From Squalus acanthias (taxonomy: Eukaryota), in contig CM059427.1 of NCBI GenBank assembly GCA_030390025.1, positions 186,620,001 to 186,684,000 of the forward strand: a DNA stretch of 64,000 nucleotides, in the 5' to 3' direction. Within the stretch, counting starts at the first letter, position 1; each line of letters starts with the position of its first letter. The translations under genes and the position numbers were made by a program. The notes beneath the pieces were generated by a model. That model did not search any database and had not been told where the DNA came from. It was given only the letters and a program-made list of their open reading frames with translations. Shown here one piece after another: positions 45,531 through 58,382 of the stretch.

Positions 45531-46326
45531 ATATAGGCCGAGTCTAATCTATCTCTCCTCATAGGACAATTTTAATTCTAATCTTGAAGTCCCAAGCCAG
45601 CTTTAATATTTAATATTCCAGATTAGTTAAATTTGCAGAAGATACCAAACTAAAATCAGCAGTGGACTCAGAGGAGGCAGATCAGACACTATAGAGTGAG
45701 TTGGACAAAATATATAAGTGGGCAGAACAGTGACAGATGAAACTTAATGCTGACGAGTGCAAAGTGTTGCTGATAGTTAGAGAAATGGGTGGCACACGTA
45801 AGCCATGAAATAGCTAAGGAAGAGGCTAAGAGAGTCTTAGTGGACTCGACCCTCAACATATTAAACCAACGCAAAGCAGCAATCAGCAAGGCCAACAGCT
45901 GGTTGAACTACATAGCCAAAACGGTAAGGTATAAGTTAGAGGAAGTGAGAGTCAAACTGATCAGTGCTCCAGTCACCAAGAAACAAAGCAGATGTTCAGA
46001 CACTGAGATCATTGCAGCAAAGAGTCACGAGACTGGTTTCTTGTGTCAGAGGCTTGAGTTATTAGGAAAGAGTGGAGAAAATTGGGCTTTACCGCTCTGA
46101 TAGGAAAGACCTGGTAGGTGATCTTAAAAAAATAAAAGCTAGTTATAAGGACAGCAATCAGAGGCACGAACTGTGTCTGATTTTCCCCTTCCCGAATCTG
46201 CGGGCACAGAAACTGATCCCCAACACAGCATGGATCAGTGAAAAGAGGAAGTGAGACAGAGACTGCAAGCTTCCAGACACACTCCATAAACTGAGGGTTC
46301 AACTAACACAATAGGCAGTGTGATTT

Positions 46327-46975
46327 CATAAGAACATAAGAAATAGGAGCAGGAGTAGGACACTCGGCCCTTCAAGCCTGCTCCGCCATTCAACAAGACC
46401 ATGGCTGATCTTCTACCTCATCTCCACTTTCCCGCCATATCCCCATATCCCTTGATTCCCTTAATATCCATAAATCTATCGCTCTCTGTCTTGAATTTAC
46501 TCAATAACTGTGCATCTACAGCCCTCTGAGGTAGAGAATTCCAAAGATTCACAACCCTTTAAGTGAAGAAATTTCTCCTCATCTCAGTCCTAAATGGCCA
46601 ACCCCTTATTCTGAGACTGTGACCCTAGTTCTAGACTCTCCAGCCAGGGGCAACATCCTCCCAGCATCTACCCTGTCAAGCCCCTTAAGAATTTCATATT
46701 TTCAATCAGATCACCTCTCATTCTTCTAAACTCCAGGGAATATAGGCCCATTCTACTCAATCTCTTGTCATGAAACAATACCCTCATCCCAGGAATCAGT
46801 TGAGTGAACCTTTGTTGCACCCCCTCTAAGGCAAGACTATCCTTCCTCAGGTAAGGAGACCAAAACTGCCCACAGTACTCCAGGTGTGGTCTCACCAAGT
46901 CCCTAGTTTTAGACTCGCCCACAAGTGGAACCATCTTCTCTACCCTATCAAACCCCTTCATAATTTTAAAGACCT
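46327..46975 (-). mobile_element. CR1 3' fragments
   Basis: LVRPHLEYCGQFWSPY...YSLEFRRMRGDLIE; CR1 tail. Confidence 0.85.
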
Positions 46976-46989
46976 CTTTTCTAGAGAAA

Positions 46990-49395
46990 AGTGGCATAAA
47001 GAGAGAGAGGAGCGGACCTGGGATAAAGCACAAGAGGAGCGGTCTCTCTGTGACACAGGCAAGAATCTGAAAAAAAAATTCTAAATCTGAAAATGTGACG
47101 CCAGAGGAGTGGTGGAGCCTGAGGAACTACAGCTAAGAGATCAATTTATTTTATAACTAAGTCAAGTGCGTAACTTATTATATAATTAGATTTAGTGTTT
47201 AATTAATTAATCAGATCTAGGGAGAGATCATTAAAATTAAAGATAGAGTATACTAACAGTAATTTTTACTATATTAAAATCTGACACATATAAATAATAA
47301 ATAAGAGTTAATTAAATAATCTAATAATGAATAATAAACAAATAAACAAGGAGCAGAGCAGAGTAAAAGAGGAGGAACCTGAGCAGTTTAAAAAGGAGTC
47401 CCTCATTTAATTTAATTTTCAGTAAATAACTGAATAAATGAAACGAGGTGAGATAGGGATGGCAGTGCAGGTGGTGTGCCTCAACCGCAGCTTGTGGAGA
47501 ACATCGCCATCCCAGACAACCACATCTGCAGTAAGTGTCTGCAACTCGAGGAACTTCAGCTCAGAGTTGTTGAGCTGGAGTTCAAGGTGCGGGGCATCAG
47601 GGAATGGGAAAGTTACCTGGACACTTTGATCCAGAAGGCAGTCACACCCCCTAGGTTAGGTAGTTGTACAAGATTGGTTAATGGTCAGGGACAGGAGGGT
47701 GTGACTGCGGCTCAGGCAGGTAAAGGGATCCCAGGTGCAGTGCTGGAGGAGTCTCAGCCTTTGCCTTTATCCAACAGGTATGAGGTTCTTGCTGTCTCTG
47801 TGGATGAGGGCAAAGCCTGCAAGGCGGATGAGCAAACTGACCATGGCACCGTGGTACCGGAGGCCATTCAAGTGGGGGGAGTGAAAAGTAATGTGGTAGT
47901 GATAGGCAATGTTACCTTTAATATTTTTTTTGGCCCGCGGCCCATTCAAAATCCAGTGCATGCGTGGTTTTTCCCATTGATAAGTTGGTGAGCCGGCTGC
48001 GCAGGAGGACCAGAGCGCTATGCGACCGTGCAGCTTACAGGGAACATTGGTGATAGGGGACCATATAATCAGGGGATAGATACTGTTCTCTGTAGCCGTG
48101 ACTGGGAGTTCTGAAGGTTGCCTGCCTTAAGGGTTAAGGACATCTCCTCGCAGCTGGAGAAGAACTTGGAGTGTGAGTGTGAGAATCCAGTTGTTGTGGT
48201 CCACATAGAAACCAACGACATAGGTAGAACTAGGAATGAGTTTCTGCTGAGAGTGTTTAAGGAGGTAGGGTCAAAATTAAAATGCAGGACCTCAAAGGTA
48301 ATAATCTCTAGATTGTTAACTGAGCCACGTGCAAATTGGCAGAGGGACACACAAATTAAAACATTCAATGCGTGGCTGAAAGAGTGGTGTGGGAGGCAGG
48401 GGTTTCGCTTCATGGGGCACTGACGCCAGTACTGGGGAAAGAGGGAGCTGTTCCGTTGGGATGGACTCCACTTAAATTGGGCTGGGACCAGTGTCCCGAT
48501 GAATCAAATAACTGGAGCGTTCGATAGGACTTTAAACTAATGAAGTGGGGGAGGGAGGGTTCAGGAAAGGGTCAATTCAAAAGCAGTAAGAGAAATGTCA
48601 AGGCTGTAGAGCAGAGTAGGGATTTGGTTAAAATAAGCATTGTGGGTCAGGAAAGGGCAGAGAGGTTATAGGGCATTAGAGACTAAGGTGACGTCAGGGA
48701 AAAGTAGAAAAAGTCAAAGCTAAAGGCACTTTATCTGAATGTGTGAAGCATTCACAATAAAATAGATGAATTAATAGCACAAATAAAAATAAATGGGTTT
48801 GATCTAATAGCCATTATGGAGATGTGGTTGCAGAGTGACCAAAGTTGGGAACTAAATGTTCCAGGATACTTGACTTTTAGAAGAGATAGGCAAAATGCAA
48901 AATGGGGCGAGGGGGGGTGGTGTAGTCCTGATAATAAAGGATGGGGTAAAGACAGTAGAGAGAAAGGATCTCAGCTCAGAAAAATCAAGATGTAGAATCA
49001 CTTTGGGTAGAAACAACAAGGGGCAGAAAACACTGGTGGGAGTAGTTTGTAGACCTCCTAACAGTAATTGTCGTGTTGGGCAGAGTATAAGTCAGGAAAT
49101 TAGAGTTACATATAACAAGGATAATACAATAATCGTGGGGAACTTTAATCTTCATACAGACTGGGCGAACCAAATTTGTGGTAATAGTGTGGAGGATGAG
49201 TTTGTGGAATGTATTCAAGATAGTTTTCTAGATCAGTATGTCGAGGACCGAACTAGGGAACAGATTATTTTAGATCTAGTATTGTGCTATGAGGAAGGAT
49301 TAATTAATAACCTTGTACCAAAGATGCCTCTGGGGAAGAGTGAACGTAATGTAATTTTATATTGGGTTTTAGAGTGATTAAGTTAAGTCCGAAAG
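46990..49395 (+). mobile_element. Decayed CR1 5' half (5'UTR, ORF1 Zn-finger and esterase, APE)
   Basis: HICSKCLQLEELQLRV, LSNRYEVL, VVVHIETND, VCRPPN, GNFN; homologous to 5973-8200. Confidence 0.9.
47907..48049. mobile_element. hAT-type MITE inserted in CR1 ORF1
   Basis: TIR CAATGTT.CC / GGGAACATTG; perfect 8-bp TSD GTGATAGG (47899-47906, 48050-48057). Confidence 0.9.
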
Positions 49396-49413
49396 TGTGA
49401 TTGGTCCTTTATT

Positions 49414-50155
49414 GGCCCAGAAATTAAAGACGGAGTCTTCCTGCAGGGGTAAGGCTTCCCCGCGATATCTCACTGTGCGCCGGCTTTTTCATTCCGAGCT
49501 CGCACGAACTTGATTTTCTAGACAGCAGCTGGGCAGTACTTGCGTATCCCACAGGCGCAGTTAATTCGTGCGAGCTGTGGGATCACGTGATTCAGTTAGA
49601 GCCAATGGCAGCACACCATCTTTCATTCATAGTTTTCACAGCAAGTGCTGTGAAAGCTATGAATCTATACCCCCCAAAAGAACAGCTAAACCTCAATTAA
49701 ATTTAAAAAAAAACCATTATATTAATAAAATAAGTATAGTTAAATAAATTAACCACTTTAAACAAAAAATTAAATTTTTGAAAAAATTTAAAATCTTTTA
49801 AAAAGTTATAAAAATAAACTTACCTGTCTTTAAAGTCTCTAAAAAAGATATACCTGTTGAAAAAAATTCAAAATAATACTTAATTAACTACTTACCTTGT
49901 TAAAAGAGGGTCTTACGCCTCCTTTCTTTATGTGCAAAATGTTCCATGCTTACCTGCGCGTTCAAAGCACTAAATGCACTGCGTGCGCACAGCCTGTAGC
50001 GCGCACGCGGTTCACTTAGGAACCGCCCCCTTTTGAAATCACCAAGTGCCGGTTTTCAGCGCATGCGCAGTGCATGCAGAAAACCGGCAATTGGAGACAG
50101 AATACGCGAGAGTACACAGTGCGTACTCTCGCGTAGCAACACTAATTTTTGGGCC
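49414..50155. mobile_element. TIR element with 3-bp TSD ATT and several internal hairpins
   Basis: GGCCCAGAAATTA / TAATTTTTGGGCC; ATT on both flanks. Confidence 0.7.
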
Positions 50156-51619
50156 ATTAACTTTTAACTCGATCCACATAAATTATATTTCTGTCTTACT
50201 GATGGCTGCATCACTTTTTTCTACTACCGTTAAGTTATCTCTGATAAGTACAGCTACTCCACCTCCCCTTTTTCCCTCGCTATATTTTCTAAATATGTTA
50301 TACCCTGCAATGTTTAATTCCTAGTCCTGATTTTTCTGTAGTCATTTCTCAAAATCTCTACCATATCGGGTTTCTCGCAACATATTGGCTCGAATTTTGC
50401 AGTGGGTATGATAACGTACTCTGAGATTATGCCATCATACCGCCTTTGAAATATGCAGGAAGTTTGGGATTTCCGCATTGCACTCAATCCCGAACTTGCG
50501 ATCTGTCAAGGTACGCCTAGACAGATGATCTACACGGCCTTGGAAATCCCAATTGCTGGTGCAGATTTGGGCTATTTGCCCACCAACTGCCCAGCAATTA
50601 CAGACCTTTTTCTTACATTACTGAAAGCAGGCGCAGGAGCCTGTTTCACATCTTTAAAGAAGATCTATGTCTGTCTATTGTGTACGTTTTGGTGGAGGAA
50701 ACTTTTTTTGTCGGTCGAGTTTCATTTTAATTACTTGTGAAGTTGAATAAGAAAGTTAAATAAAGTGAACATCTATCAAATTTAGTGACCAATTCTGTCC
50801 TTTCAACTCAAAACTGAACAACATAACAAACAATATAATGCATCTATAACAAGGAAAATAGATTTATCTATTACCAGTCTAAATGAGATCTTAATAATAT
50901 ATTTTAATCCTGAAAATTAACATTGAATATATGGCTCGGAATCTCTTTCTGAAGTTCAACAATGTTACTTTTCGGAGTGTTAGACCTTTATTGAGTATCA
51001 AAACAGAAAGTTGTAAACATCGGGACGAATAAATTCTGAGTTTGGATGAAAATAATAAAGCAAAACTATGTATGCTGGTTATTTCCAAAATCTAATAGAA
51101 GTTGCACAGTGAGGATGATTGTGAAAATGACCTGCTGACAAATCACTGCACTTTTGATGGAGCCACAAGCTTTAATTCATATTGAACTTTGGTGTGGCAT
51201 GTAAACCTCTTTAAGATCATTCAGTGTCCTCTTAAAACCTACTCATTAAATGGTCGAATGTGTTCGTCGCCCTTTCAGGAAAACATTGAAACCCATTTGA
51301 GTGCATCTGAAAGAATTGTTAACCATTCTGGTATCACTTTACAATAAAGTACACGTTTTAGAAGTTTTTAGAAGTTTTTAAAACTTTTTGAAATGTAATT
51401 TCAATGGAAGAGACTGAAAAAAGTTTCTGTGGGCATGGCTTAGTTTTGACAGATTTTGTGGGCGTGTCTTCCCTTACGCACAGGCTGTACGCTGCGCGCC
51501 GCCTCCCTGATGTCATACGCTGCGCAGAGCTCTGCAGCGGCAAACAGCAAGTCTCCGTTCTGGGTCTCGCACGAGGTAAGTTTGTATTCTTTTCGTAGGT
51601 TGGCGGCGTACTCCGTAGA

Positions 51620-51932
51620 GACTGGAGGGTCAGTGGTGTTCCCCAGGGGTCAGTGTTGGGACCACTGCTCTTTTTGATATATATTAATAACCTGGACTTG
51701 GGTATACTGGGCATAATTTCAAACTTTGCAGATGACACTAAACTCAGAAATTTAGTGAACAATGAAGAGGACAGTAAGAGACTTCAGGATGGCATAGACA
51801 GACTGTTGAAATGGGCAGACGCATGGCAGATGAAATTTAATGCAGAGAACTGTGAAGTGATACATTTTGGTAGGAGGAATGAGGAGAGGCAATATAAACA
51901 AAATGATACAATTGTAAAAGGGGGTGCAGGAA
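51620..51932 (+). mobile_element. CR1 RT fragment
   Basis: GVPQGSVLGPLLFLIYIN...FADDTKL...WQMKFN. Confidence 0.85.
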
Positions 51933-54654
51933 CAGCGAAACGGAGATTTCCACTACGTGAAAAAGTGCTCGATTGCAGTAAAATATGTTTTGTAAATGAC
52001 GCTTTTTCAGTAGAGGAAGTGCTCCATACAGATTTCAGGGAAAAGCCGGGAGATATGTGGTCGAGAACTCAGCATTGCCATAAATAGAAGAGCACATTAG
52101 TTCTTTTCAAAGATTGCGAAAGTCTTGGTGAAAGAGAAAAATGGATCTTTTTAAACCTGGTGGCCTGGAGTTTCTGCTTCGGGTGCAATCGGCGATCCCA
52201 GCGCAAATTACGCCCAAAATTGTGCTCGTTATAAGAAGAGCTTTTTTACCCCTCACACTCATTTGCATATCGCCAAATTTAAAATCTGCCATGAACCAGT
52301 ATTTTAGAACGTAACTTTTAAAAAGAAAACTTTTGTTTTCAAAAATATTCCCTGATATAATGAAGAGTGGTAATTGGTGCAGTTTTAATAACACAGATCA
52401 CAATGGGTTTCTCACAAGGAATAAGCATTTTTAATCAGTGTCTATCCACCACCTGTGAGTGACCCGATTTTAAAAAGCTGAAAATGACTTTAAAAATCTG
52501 TACAGAACCATTTACTAGTTACATTGGTGTACAGCAGTCACTTCCATAGTAAATTAAAAAAAACTTATATTCAAAACCTTTTAAAACATGCCTATTAGTG
52601 TCCCTGCGCCTAAAAATTAGCTTAATTTTAAGAGGCTCCTCGAAGGCCCAGCAAACAGGCAAAATTACCGGAAACTCCCCACGGTGATTAATTCGATCTG
52701 AGGGTTTGGCCAAGCTTCTAGCGCGATTTAAAAAAAAACTGTAGTGGAGCTGAGAGCAGAGAATTCTGACCCCGGCACTTCATGGTATGACACTCCTTTC
52801 ATTATAAAACAGCAGATTCTCTGATTTACCATGAGCTCTGCCATTTGAGATCCTCCAGTAACATTTAAAATAACAGATCACAAGACTGACCCCTTTGCTA
52901 CCCATCCCGAAATGATCTTGAACATGATAGTTCCCATTTTGAGCTACCCTGTGTTTCCTATTTTGAGCCAATTTTCGATCTCAGCTCAAACATGCAAATA
53001 ACCAATGATGTCTGAACCCTGAGCTGAATGGGAAGAGGAAGCTCGCCTGCCCTGTGGTTTCACAAGAGACAACGTCAATTACTCTGTGCAGAGCAACGAC
53101 TGAGAACCTCAGTGTGTTGTGTGTCGCTGTGCTGGGAGCTTTGCTGCTCAGTCTCTGGACTTCTTCACTAGTCTCTTCCCACAAGGTAGGCAATCTTACT
53201 GCAATCATTCTTTTTAAAGGATTGATTTAAATGTGGTTTGAATAACTGATCGCATTTCTCAATGATATTGTACCCTTTAGACTAAACAAGGGCATGAAGT
53301 GCTTATTTATATGGTTTCATCTCCTTTTTCATAAAACTCCAATAAGGGGTTTCTTACAACTCAATGACTGCCAGTCTGCTATTTTACACATTTTAAGCTT
53401 TCCTGTTTGTTGCCTGGTCGATATAAAATGTTGTCTTTAACTGGATTTGATTTTTGTGGTTTCCCAAGTGATGCTCTGGTTCTGTTTGAGGTTTTCATTG
53501 TCCTTCAAAGTTCTGCTGGCGATTCAGTTCTTTGACTAATCAGTGATGCCCAATTTAGTTGAAAACATCTCGCAGAGAAATAGGAAGTAAAAGAGTGAAA
53601 AACTAAAATGTAAGAGAAGAGATGAACCATTACGGGCAAACTTGATTGGCAGCCCTTAGTGTGGGCTTGACGACTGCCCCTACTTTTAGTTCAGCTCCTC
53701 CAGTGAATATGATACAGGGAAAGGCAGAAGCTCTAATTGACCTAAGGATCTGCCTGAAACCCGTTACCTTCTTATTGAGCTCGGAAAGCACAGCAATTAC
53801 ACCTTGCAGTCTGAAATCGTCACATTGAGTTATCAAAGTTTCCCTTTATCGGCACAGTAATACAGTGTGTGTGAGATGGTGCAATGCTCCTGCCCATATA
53901 AACCAGCCTCTGACCTACAGTGAGCAGCACCATAGCAGATACACTACCTTTAAAGAATTCTGTTTGGAAATCTATAAACAGAAGGATCACTATCTATTTA
54001 CGGTCATTTGGGTCTTTAAAATGTCTGACCATAATGAAATTGGCATGAGCTTGTGCAACTGGTACTGACTCAGGCCATGTGAGTAACTCAAAGCAGTAGA
54101 CGGTTCTCTTAGTGTCAACATTTGTTTCTTACCCAAAATCTAAAACAGATGTTCTGGTCATAAATTTCACTATTTGTGAAACTTGCTGTGCGCAATTTGA
54201 CTGCTGCATTTACTACATTAAAAATGTACTTTATTGATTGTAAAGAGTTTTGCGATGACCTGAGGTTGTGAAAGGCACTATAACGACATGCTACAGGTAT
54301 CGTTGAGGCAGAGACAATTGCATCTTTAAGGGAAAATTTGATAAATATTTGAGGCAGGGTAAGATTTAGGGCTATGAGAGAGAGTGGGGCAGTGGGATTA
54401 GTTTTGGATTGTTCTAGCAAAGTGCTGGCACAGACACAACGGGACAAATTCTTCTGTGACGTAATCTTCAATGTCTCTATAGAAAGGAGGGATGTCATTG
54501 AAGATTATATTGAGCAATTATCTTTGTATCCATCAGAAAGAACCTAATCCTGGAGGTACTCATTTACGTACACATGTATGTATGTGCACATAGAGAGAAA
54601 AAACATGTATTTATAGACTGCGCTTGACATTGAGGCAGCATTTAACCATGTGTG

Positions 54655-55897
54655 GCACCAAGGAGCCCCAGTAAAACTGAAGTCAATGGGGATCAGGGGG
54701 AAGACTCTCCAGTGTTGGAGTCAAACCTGGCACAAAGGAAAAAAGATTGTGGTCATTGGAGGCCAATCATCCCAAGATGAGGCCATCAATGCCCATATTT
54801 TGGTAGCTCAGGATGCTATTTTATGCCCTAAAAATGGGGGCTGCGCATTGGAATTTTTTGGACTTTCAGTCCCAGCTCAAGACAGACTGCTGCCACCTCT
54901 AGGCTGCTTATTTGAATCATATGCAATCTCTATACAAGGAATTTCTTGGCTTAATACAGAGTGCACCAACCTGAGAGAAGATTATCAAACAGCTCACAAC
55001 AACAACAACAACAACAACTTGTATTTATATAGCGCTTTTAACGTAGTAAAATGTCCCAAGGCGCTGCACAGGAGTATTTTAAGACCAAAAATTAGACACT
55101 GAGCCACATAAGGATAAATTAGGGTAGGTGACCAAAAGCTTGGTCAAAGAGGTAGGTTTTAAGGAGTGTCTTAAAGGAGGAAAGAGAGGTTGTGAGGTGG
55201 TGAGGTTTAAGGCAGGGAATTCCAGAGCTTAGGGCCTAGGCAACAGAAGACACAGCCACCAAAGGTTGGGCGATTATAATCAGGGATGCTCAAGAAGGCA
55301 GAATTAGAGGAGCGCAGATATCTCGGGGGGTTGTGGTGCTGAAGGAGATTACAGAGATAGGGAGGGGTGAGGACATGGAGGGATTTGAAAACAAGGATGA
55401 GTTGTCACACAACTGACAAGCAAAGTATATTGGTGCACAGGTGTGATGGAACGAAGTTGACTCTGATTTGGCTCAGTGTTAGTGATGAACAAACCAAGAC
55501 TTTCCTTTTGGTAACTACTTCTTTTAACCCTAATCTTGACCAGTCGTTTATATTATTTCATATCAGGTTTTCAAAATTTTTTAAAAATTTAATAATTTAC
55601 AGGATGTGGGCATCGCTGGCAAGGCCAGCATTTATTGCCCATCCCTAAATGCCCTTGTGAAGGTGGTGTCCTGTAATATCCTTTCACTGAGATGCAAAAC
55701 AGCTTTGTATTGTAAAGCTTTTAAAAAAATGCATGATAAAGATTTTTTTAAATAAATTATTCTCAAGATATTGGCATCGCTGGTAATGCTGGCATTTGTT
55801 GCCCATCATCAATTGCCTTTAAGAAGGTGTTGGTGGGCCTTCTTCTTGAACCTCTGCAGTCCATGTGGTGAAGGCACTCCCACAATTCTTTTAGGTT
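54655..55897. repeat. Segmental duplication copy 2 (paralogous to 363-1449), with a copy-specific L2 3' fragment at about 54998-55403
   Basis: Colinear with the window start; L2 tail (aac)n-ttgtatttatatagcgc absent from copy 1. Confidence 0.85.
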
Positions 55898-56231
55898 GCA
55901 TGTTGGCCGTTATTGCAAGGAGGTTGGAGTACAAGAGTAAGGAAGTCTTGCGACAATTGTACAAGGCTTTGGTGAGACCACACCTGGAGTACTGTGTACA
56001 GTTTTGTCTCCTTATCTAAGGAAGAATGTACTCGTCTTAGAGGCAGTGCAACAAAGGTTCACTGGATTGATTCCTGGGATGAGAGGGTTGTCCTATGAAG
56101 TGAGATTGATTAGATTGGTCCTATACTCTCTGGAGTTCAGAAGAATGAGAGGTGATCTCATTGAAACATATAAGATTCTGAGACGGTTTGACAGGGTAGA
56201 TGCTGAGAGGTTGTTTCCCCTGGCTGGAAAG
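55898..56231 (+). mobile_element. CR1 RT C-terminal fragment, target of provirus 2
   Basis: LYKALVRPHLEYCVQF...RLFPLAG, truncated exactly at the LTR. Confidence 0.85.
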
Positions 56232-57947
56232 TGTAAGGGGTTTCCGTGCTTCTTCTAGGTGCTTGTGCGGGGTTAGGCCTTATTGCTTGCTCTGGTCTCC
56301 AGCCAGCCTTGCAGCACTAGACACCTGTGAGTGGTTCGACCCACTCGCCCTTACGGTTCTGACACTGGACTTAGGTGCGAGAGCAGTAATGCAGAGAAAA
56401 CTCAGGTAGACCCGGTTGAATAGTACGAAATGGAAAACTTTATTGCATATTGTTCAAAATTACGAAATACATGTCATAAGCACAGATGAATAACAGTACA
56501 AGCTTACATACATCTATAAAACTAGGTTTAGGGAAACGAGGAGCGCACGACACATCGTAAAAGGGGGCACACATTATAATTATCCTTAATAAAAACCACC
56601 CTCCCCTATCAATGCCTGCTCTAATCTAGATCTGTAGGATCAAGAAACATGCTCACCACTCGTGATACCTCGGAGAATTCTAAACCGGTGCTCGGCTGTT
56701 TTCGCTGCTGCACCTGACTATCCACGTGTTGACCAGGGGTCTCTGTACCCCACTTGTTTATTTGCTCTGCTCCGGCTAGCAGGCTGGATCATCTGCTGTC
56801 ATGAGGATCTGTGTTGACCTCGGACGCCCTGTAGAATTCAAAGAAGAGTCTTCCTGTACCCGACACCGGTTGTCGGTAGAATTCAAAGAAAAGTCTTCCT
56901 GTGCCCGTTCGTGCAGTAACCTATAGAGTTCAAAAATGGTCAATATATTTTCGGGCGCGGTCGGGGTTTACTGACCGCAGCGGCACGTGGCGTCTTCTTC
57001 TTCTTCCTGTCTTGTCCTGTTTCGTCGGGCCTTCGGGTCCAGACACCATTTACCGACCCTCGGGATGGTGCACCCGTTCACTGGCCTTCGTTGGGGCGGC
57101 TCGTCCTGCTTTGAGCTTCACCCAACATTCGATTACCGACCGGTACCGCTGGGATCAAGAATGTCCAGCCCTTAGAAGAGCTCCAGCAGTCCGCAGCGGG
57201 TCCGAACAAGAGTCCGGAGAGAAGCGAATCACTAGAAACTGAGCACCCGGAGGATCAGAGGAATCAGAGAATAAGAGCACTCGATGAACAGCCAGAGGAT
57301 GAGAGAAAGATGGACGTTTGTTCACTACAGTTATAGTGCTGTATTTTCTTATCTCCCGCCCAATCTTAATGTTCATCTTTTGTAATATTTTGGCGCTCAA
57401 ACTTCTTGTATGGGGTGATTCTTGTTGGTAATGGGTCTTGGTAACACTTGTAACTGGCTAAATACCCGTTAATGTTTCTCCCATTGTGGAACCGGCTAGG
57501 AGTCTCCCTGGCGGGGTTTTGGGGGCCTCCGAATTCTTGTGTAAGCACCCGAGAACAGCTCTCTCATTGTAGAGCTGTGGGGAATTTGCGTATTGATGGC
57601 TTTGGATGGGCCTCTGATTGCCCAGTACAATAGTCTCTTGCTTGTGGCTGGAAAACGCTTCCAGCACTTATATCTCTTGCTTTAGTGTCAAATGCAGATC
57701 GATCGCGTCCTGTCTTTTCCAATGTATGCTGAGTATTAACCGATCTTACTGAAATGTTTATTCGAACGCCATCTTGTCTGCCCACTGAAAATTCTGGAAA
57801 CTTCTGCCACGAGGCGCAGTGGCCATTTTACAGGCTTCTTGTGTCCATTTTAAACATGACAGCATTTCACTTAAATAAAACTGTTTTAACGAATCTGTAT
57901 CTCTCTCTCTCGTTATTTCGAAATCGTGATAATTTGCGAATTTCACA
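56232..57947 (-). repeat. 3' LTR of provirus 2 (1716 bp), diverged subfamily
   Basis: TGTAAG...TTCACA followed by gtccctcctgtt; shares AATAAA, splice donor and hairpin blocks with provirus 1. Confidence 0.9.
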
Positions 57948-58382
57948 GTCCCTCCTGTTGATGCGAATAACTCCGCTTATCGTATCAATTAAAAGTGGTG
58001 GTGCGCAACATTATCCCGATTCTCCATATCCAAAATACTCCCTTGACTTAAACTATCTAGGGTCTCCGTGCTGTCCTTATTTCCCAGGGAAAAATTACAT
58101 TTTATAAAACCGTAGGCAGCATTGCCTTTTAACTTACACCGCGTGTATGTCTTCCAGGTGTAACAGGCCGATGCCTCTTGCACCACCTGCATATGCATGT
58201 TTTTATTATTCAAGGAAAAAGAAAACAAAACAATCAAACAACCATTTTAACAACACAAAGTTAAAAATAATCAAAACAACTCTTTTAAAATACAGATTTC
58301 CAAAACTTGGTTACATATCTTAACAACCAATAAACAATTACAAGACACACATGGAAAAATGGAGCGGCGTCATCCTGGCCGT

